DNA of 64,000 nucleotides from a virus (Duplodnaviria; Caudoviricetes): IMG/VR virus record IMGVR_UViG_3300037847_003419, positions 1,873 to 65,872 of that record; one strand, 5' to 3'. Shown piece by piece: positions 59,956 to 64,000 of this stretch (position 1 is its first letter; each line of letters starts with the position of its first letter). The notes under the pieces were generated by a model. It saw only the letters and a program-made list of their open reading frames with translations, ran no database searches and was not told where the DNA came from. The position numbers and the translations under genes were made by a program.

Positions 59956-60428
59956 TGAATATATTTTACTTAGATAAATGCCCTGACAAAGCGGCTAGAT
60001 TACAATATAATAAACATGTAGTTAAAATGATACTTGAGTCAGCTCAAATGTTATGTACTGCTCATCATGTAGATATACATGGAAAGGATGTACCTTATAA
60101 AATAGCTCACAAAAACCATCCATCAACTATATGGTGTAGGCAGTCTAAACCTCATTATGAGTGGTTGTATAATCACATGATGGCCTTAGGTGATGAATAT
60201 ACAAAACGTTATGGTAAAGTACATTTATCAATAACTAAATGTGCTGACGTATTAAAATATGTACCAGGTGGTATATACGATAATGGTTTCACACAACCAC
60301 CACAAGCTATGCCTGATGAGTACAAAGACCCGTGTAGTATACAAGCTTATTGGAATTATTACATAGGTGAAAAACACACAATTGCAAATCCTAAAAAAGA
60401 AAAGATATATGAACAAAGACCTTATTGA
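59955..60428 (+). CDS. pyrimidine-dimer DNA glycosylase-like protein
   Basis: MNIFYLD...HVVKMILESAQML...HKNHPSTIW...PPQAMP. Confidence 0.7.
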   Translation: MNIFYLDKCPDKAARLQYNKHVVKMILESAQMLCTAHHVDIHGKDVPYKIAHKNHPSTIWCRQSKPHYEWLYNHMMALGDEYTKRYGKVHLSITKCADVLKYVPGGIYDNGFTQPPQAMPDEYKDPCSIQAYWNYYIGEKHTIANPKKEKIYEQRPY

Positions 60429-60512
60429 AAGAATAAAACAATTTAATGAAATTAAATTTGGTAATGATAATGAAACAAGAATTATTATTGCAAAATTAAA
60501 ACCACAGGGGAC

Positions 60513-60558
60513 TGTGACAACAGCCCCTAAATAAATAGAGTAATAGGCTAATGTCACA
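60513..60558. promoter_or_regulatory. inverted-repeat operator B overlapping the start codon of the HTH gene
   Basis: TGTGACAACAGCCC...AGGCTAATGTCACA; the ATG at 60551 lies in the right arm. Confidence 0.6.
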
Positions 60559-61171
60559 CGATAGAAATTTAAAATACTTAAATAATAACCGCATCGTATA
60601 CCGTAGACACCCAATAACTGATAAACCAGATATTGACAATGAAGTGTATATGTTTTACTTAAACGGTACGTACGAGTGTTATGAGTTGTTTAGATCTTCT
60701 GCTAAGATAACGACATACAAATCTTTGAAATGGCATCTATTAGTACTATGGTATTTAAACCCACAACTAGATCAAGATAAGTTTATGTCATTGGCAGAAG
60801 TTATAACTCACAAACCTAACGGTTTCGTTTCGTTTGCTATACACGCCGAGTTACTCCGTAAGATAGTATATGAAGTATCGATGCTAGATTTAGATAAACC
60901 ACCTAATAATAAGTTACGTAAAGTTATATTCAAACCTAACACACGTATTAGTAAAGAAGAAAAACTACGTATTGTAGGTGAGTTAATAGGCAGAACAAAA
61001 CGTATAACACAAGACGATATTTATAACTGTATGTTAGAAATAAACGACAACAATAAGAAGATTACAATAGCTAAACTAGCTAAATTACTTTCATGTTCTA
61101 GTAGAACAATACATAGAAACATGGGTGAAGAACTAAAAAGAGAAAAAGAATTATTAAATAAACAACTATGA
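60551..61171 (+). CDS. protein with C-terminal helix-turn-helix
   Basis: KITIAKLAKLLSCSSRTIHRNM. Confidence 0.7.
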   Translation: MSHDRNLKYLNNNRIVYRRHPITDKPDIDNEVYMFYLNGTYECYELFRSSAKITTYKSLKWHLLVLWYLNPQLDQDKFMSLAEVITHKPNGFVSFAIHAELLRKIVYEVSMLDLDKPPNNKLRKVIFKPNTRISKEEKLRIVGELIGRTKRITQDDIYNCMLEINDNNKKITIAKLAKLLSCSSRTIHRNMGEELKREKELLNKQL

Positions 61172-61923
61172 AAAAGTATAGTATACAAAATTATATAAGA
61201 TACAAAAACGATATAAAGCAAGCTGTAAACAGACTAGAAGGTAAAATGTGGGACGAATATACTAGAGAAGAACTTATAATAAAATTCTTACCACTTGTAG
61301 AAAACATAGCTAGAAAGTTTAGTACGTCACAACAAGCAAGTGGCGTTATGACAATTATGGATATGATACAATCAGGTTCTGTAGGTTTAGTACAAGCAGC
61401 TCAAAAACTAGATTATGACAAGTGGTCAGAGTCTGATGATATGGAAAAAACAATTAAATCTTTCTTTTCAAAAAGAATTAAAGGTTCAATACGTAGACAA
61501 ATTGATTCTAACAGAGGTAATATACGTATACCAGAGCATAAAATGAATGAAATACGAAAAAACTTTGGCAAAGATAAAAAGATGGTAGAAATGTTTTTTA
61601 ACTCTATATTTTTAAGTATTGATGCCTCACCTAACGACGAGGATATGGTATATCAAATACCTGATAACTCAGAACCTTATAATATAGACTTGTTAAATCT
61701 TTATTTAAAAAGCTTGTGTAAGTCTCACTTAAACGAAAAAGAATATCAAGTGCTAAGACTAAGTTACGGTCTTGATTGTGATAAACATAACGCTACACAA
61801 ATAGCTGAATATCTAGGTATTGAAGGTAGTAGTTCTTATGTACGTGTATCACAGTTAAAAAAGCAAGCTGTAAATAAACTTATTGAAAACGTAGATCACT
61901 CGCAAGTGATTGATTTTCTGTAA
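61168..61923 (+). CDS. sigma70-family RNA polymerase sigma factor
   Basis: Region 2 LPLVENIARKF...DMIQSGSVGLVQA; IRIPEH; region 4 LNEKEYQVLRLSYGL...IAEYLG...RVSQLKKQAVNKL. Confidence 0.88.
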   Translation: MKKYSIQNYIRYKNDIKQAVNRLEGKMWDEYTREELIIKFLPLVENIARKFSTSQQASGVMTIMDMIQSGSVGLVQAAQKLDYDKWSESDDMEKTIKSFFSKRIKGSIRRQIDSNRGNIRIPEHKMNEIRKNFGKDKKMVEMFFNSIFLSIDASPNDEDMVYQIPDNSEPYNIDLLNLYLKSLCKSHLNEKEYQVLRLSYGLDCDKHNATQIAEYLGIEGSSSYVRVSQLKKQAVNKLIENVDHSQVIDFL

Positions 61924-61984
61924 GTTAGTGAGTTAAAAGTAAATAATAATGTGTAATAATATATATACACCAAATACCAATAAT

Positions 61985-62542
61985 ATGAAAGAATTAAACC
62001 AAAAACTAGCTCAAATACAAACTGAGCTAAAAGCAAAAAAATCGAGTTACAACTCGTTCGGTAAGTACTATTTTAGAAAAGCCGAAGACATTTTAGAGGC
62101 TACAAAGCCTTTTCTTTTGAAACACGGCGTTACAGTCACTCTTAATGAAGAGTTAATTATGACTGACCCTGTTCCAACAATCAAATCAACAGCAACAATA
62201 TCAGATGGTAAAGACAGTATAAATGCTACTGCTGTAGTCGGTGTAGACCTTAATCAAAAAGGTATGCAGACTGCTCAACAGTTTGGAGCTGCTTCTTCAT
62301 ACGGTAAGAAATATGCATTAGGTAATTTATTTCTAATCGATGACACAGCAGATGCTGACTCTACTAATATGCACGGTAAAAATGGCGCTGTAAATAAGAT
62401 TAAACAAGCGGCTAAACCAGCTATAACAGCTGAGCAACTAGCAAAAGCTAAAGAGTATATAGCTGCTGGTGGTAGTATTAGCGCTATCGAGTCTAAGTAT
62501 AAATTAACAGAAAGCAATAAAAAAGAGCTAGCTGTTAAATGA
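61985..62542 (+). CDS. ERF-family single-strand annealing protein
   Basis: YNSFGKYYFRKAEDIL...QQFGAASSYGKKYALGNLFLIDDTADAD; start moved to MKELNQ. Confidence 0.85.
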   Translation: MKELNQKLAQIQTELKAKKSSYNSFGKYYFRKAEDILEATKPFLLKHGVTVTLNEELIMTDPVPTIKSTATISDGKDSINATAVVGVDLNQKGMQTAQQFGAASSYGKKYALGNLFLIDDTADADSTNMHGKNGAVNKIKQAAKPAITAEQLAKAKEYIAAGGSISAIESKYKLTESNKKELAVK

Positions 62543-63339
62543 GAAAATTATTAATACTAATACCTATTGTTATACTTGTAGGTTATTATGTAAATATTGT
62601 AAAACAAATGAATAAAGAGCAAATATTAGAGAAGCTTAAAAACGACGAAGACTATTACGGTGAATTTGGTAATCAGTTTTTATCCAACTCACACGTTGGT
62701 AGATTATTAAAGGACCCGTTAAATGTCTTTAAGCCTAGCACGCCATCACCGGCGTTTCTAGTAGGTGGATATTTTCACACGTGTATACTTGAACCAGATA
62801 AACTGGAAAAGTTCACAGTAATACCTTCAGCTACTAGAAATACAAAACAGTATAAAGATATGTCAGGTGGTGAGCTATGTCTACTACAAAAAGAGGTAGA
62901 TGAAATTGAGTTAATGAGAGATAAACTTATGGCTAACGATATATGCAGAGACCTTATTATGTTAGGTAATGTAGAGTATGAAGTACCGGGTGTTACAGAG
63001 CTGTTTGGTAACATGTGGAAAGGTAAAGCTGATATTGTTAATCATGATGAAAGGTTAGTCATTGACTTAAAAACAACAGCTGATATTGATAAGTTTCAAT
63101 GGTCGGCTAGTAAATTTAACTATGATTCACAGGCTTATATTTATAGTAAGTTATTTGGATATGAAATGTTGTTCATAGTTATAGACAAAAACACTCATAC
63201 AATAGGTATGTTTGATTGTTCACCTCAGTTTTATGAAAGAGGCGAGCAAAAGGTGAGTAAAGCAAGTGAAGCTTATGACTTGTTTTATAAGACCAAGGAC
63301 TTTGATCCTAAACAGTTTTTCATAAGCAAAACCTTATAA
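62539..63339 (+). CDS. RecE/exonuclease VIII-like PD-(D/E)xK exonuclease
   Basis: LSNS...GGYFHTCILEP...KGKAD...VIDLKTT...YDSQAYIY. Confidence 0.8.
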   Translation: MRKLLILIPIVILVGYYVNIVKQMNKEQILEKLKNDEDYYGEFGNQFLSNSHVGRLLKDPLNVFKPSTPSPAFLVGGYFHTCILEPDKLEKFTVIPSATRNTKQYKDMSGGELCLLQKEVDEIELMRDKLMANDICRDLIMLGNVEYEVPGVTELFGNMWKGKADIVNHDERLVIDLKTTADIDKFQWSASKFNYDSQAYIYSKLFGYEMLFIVIDKNTHTIGMFDCSPQFYERGEQKVSKASEAYDLFYKTKDFDPKQFFISKTL

Positions 63340-63349
63340 ACCAAAAATT

Positions 63350-63517
63350 ATGCCAAGAACAAAAATGAAAGTATGTGACGTAACAGGATTAAAAACTTCT
63401 GAAAAGAATTTTTATAAAAACCAAAGTCACGTAAAAGCAGTAGACAATATTAGAAGAAACACGTCTGCAACTAAAGAGCAATTAATGAGAATGTTTAACC
63501 AAATAAATAATTATTAA
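63350..63517 (+). CDS. small hypothetical protein
   Basis: Read by hand (MPRTKMKVCDVTG...); its stop abuts the next ATG. Confidence 0.5.
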   Translation: MPRTKMKVCDVTGLKTSEKNFYKNQSHVKAVDNIRRNTSATKEQLMRMFNQINNY

Positions 63518-63826
63518 ATGGCAAGTATTATTAAAGCAAGTATTAACCTTAACGTTATCCCAAAAGATAAAATCTACAACGGTAAAAAAGGTAAATACTT
63601 ACCAATTACAATTACACTAAATGATGAACCAGATCAGTTCGGTAATCAAGGTCCTGTAGTTGTAGAACAAACCAAAGATGAGAGAGATGCTAAAGCGCCT
63701 AAGACTTATCTTGGTAACGTAAAAGTAGTTTGGACTAATGGTCAAAACGTTGACACAGCTCCAAGAGATGACAACCAATCAGCTCCAGCTCCTGCTCAGG
63801 CTCCAGCTGAAGATTTACCGTTTTAA
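63518..63826 (+). CDS. single-stranded DNA-binding protein-like
   Basis: Small beta protein with a P/A linker and acidic EDLPF tail; sits beside ERF and the exonuclease. Confidence 0.7.
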   Translation: MASIIKASINLNVIPKDKIYNGKKGKYLPITITLNDEPDQFGNQGPVVVEQTKDERDAKAPKTYLGNVKVVWTNGQNVDTAPRDDNQSAPAPAQAPAEDLPF

Positions 63827-63829
63827 TAA

Positions 63830-64000
63830 ATGATACAAGAGATCAATGGATTTTTGATTGATAAGTACAATCAATACGGCCTAAAAGATGGTGCAACACA
63901 GGGGGTTTGTCCCTTGTGTTCGCATACTAGGAAACCTAAAAATCAAAAGCTGCAATGCGCTAGTTATGATTGGGAACGTGGTCTCGGTACATGTCACAAT
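63830..64000 (+). CDS. primase/helicase N-terminal zinc-binding domain (3'-truncated)
   Basis: MIQEINGF...VCPLCSHTRK...GLGTCHN, open to the window end. Confidence 0.65.
   Translation, partial: MIQEINGFLIDKYNQYGLKDGATQGVCPLCSHTRKPKNQKLQCASYDWERGLGTCHN

Overview
AT-rich fragment of a tailed dsDNA phage, probably a large part of one genome. It has the layout of a marine Bacteroidota (Flavobacteriales-type) podovirus. The host call is inferred from A-rich, Shine-Dalgarno-less starts, an Hc1-like protein and a T9SS-type C-terminal signal. There are three blocks. (i) 1-3567 (+): end of a nucleotide-metabolism module (MazG-like fusion, T7 endonuclease I-like nuclease, class II RNR, Hc1), closed by a bidirectional terminator. 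(ii) 3579-52946 (-): a 49-kb late/structural unit with GroEL/GroES, holin, terminase, portal, scaffold, capsid, ring/nozzle tail proteins, ejection proteins including a 3344-aa giant, a four-gene envelope/export cassette, many small basic proteins sharing an N-terminal MAFKMK motif, and an endolysin. (iii) 53.2-64 kb (+): early genes behind six copies of a bipartite promoter-like motif, then ligase, sigma factor, ERF, exonuclease, SSB and the start of a primase. Best candidate for an undescribed system: the giant virion protein looks like a self-processing polyprotein, with an HExxH peptidase, a sigma70 region-2-like segment and a HAD phosphatase separated by four K-x-S-[LI] sites. It could deliver a sigma-like factor for the TACAAACTAAATACGA-N8-GGATAATA early promoters. 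Other notable signals are a possible MAFKMK/SP-x-KQ capsid-cargo code, two covarying tRNA-like minihelix RNAs, a twice-occurring TGTGACA-N3-GCC inverted operator, and a phage T9SS-cargo/beta-barrel/thioredoxin-fold cassette. All product calls come from motif recognition by eye; no database searches were run.
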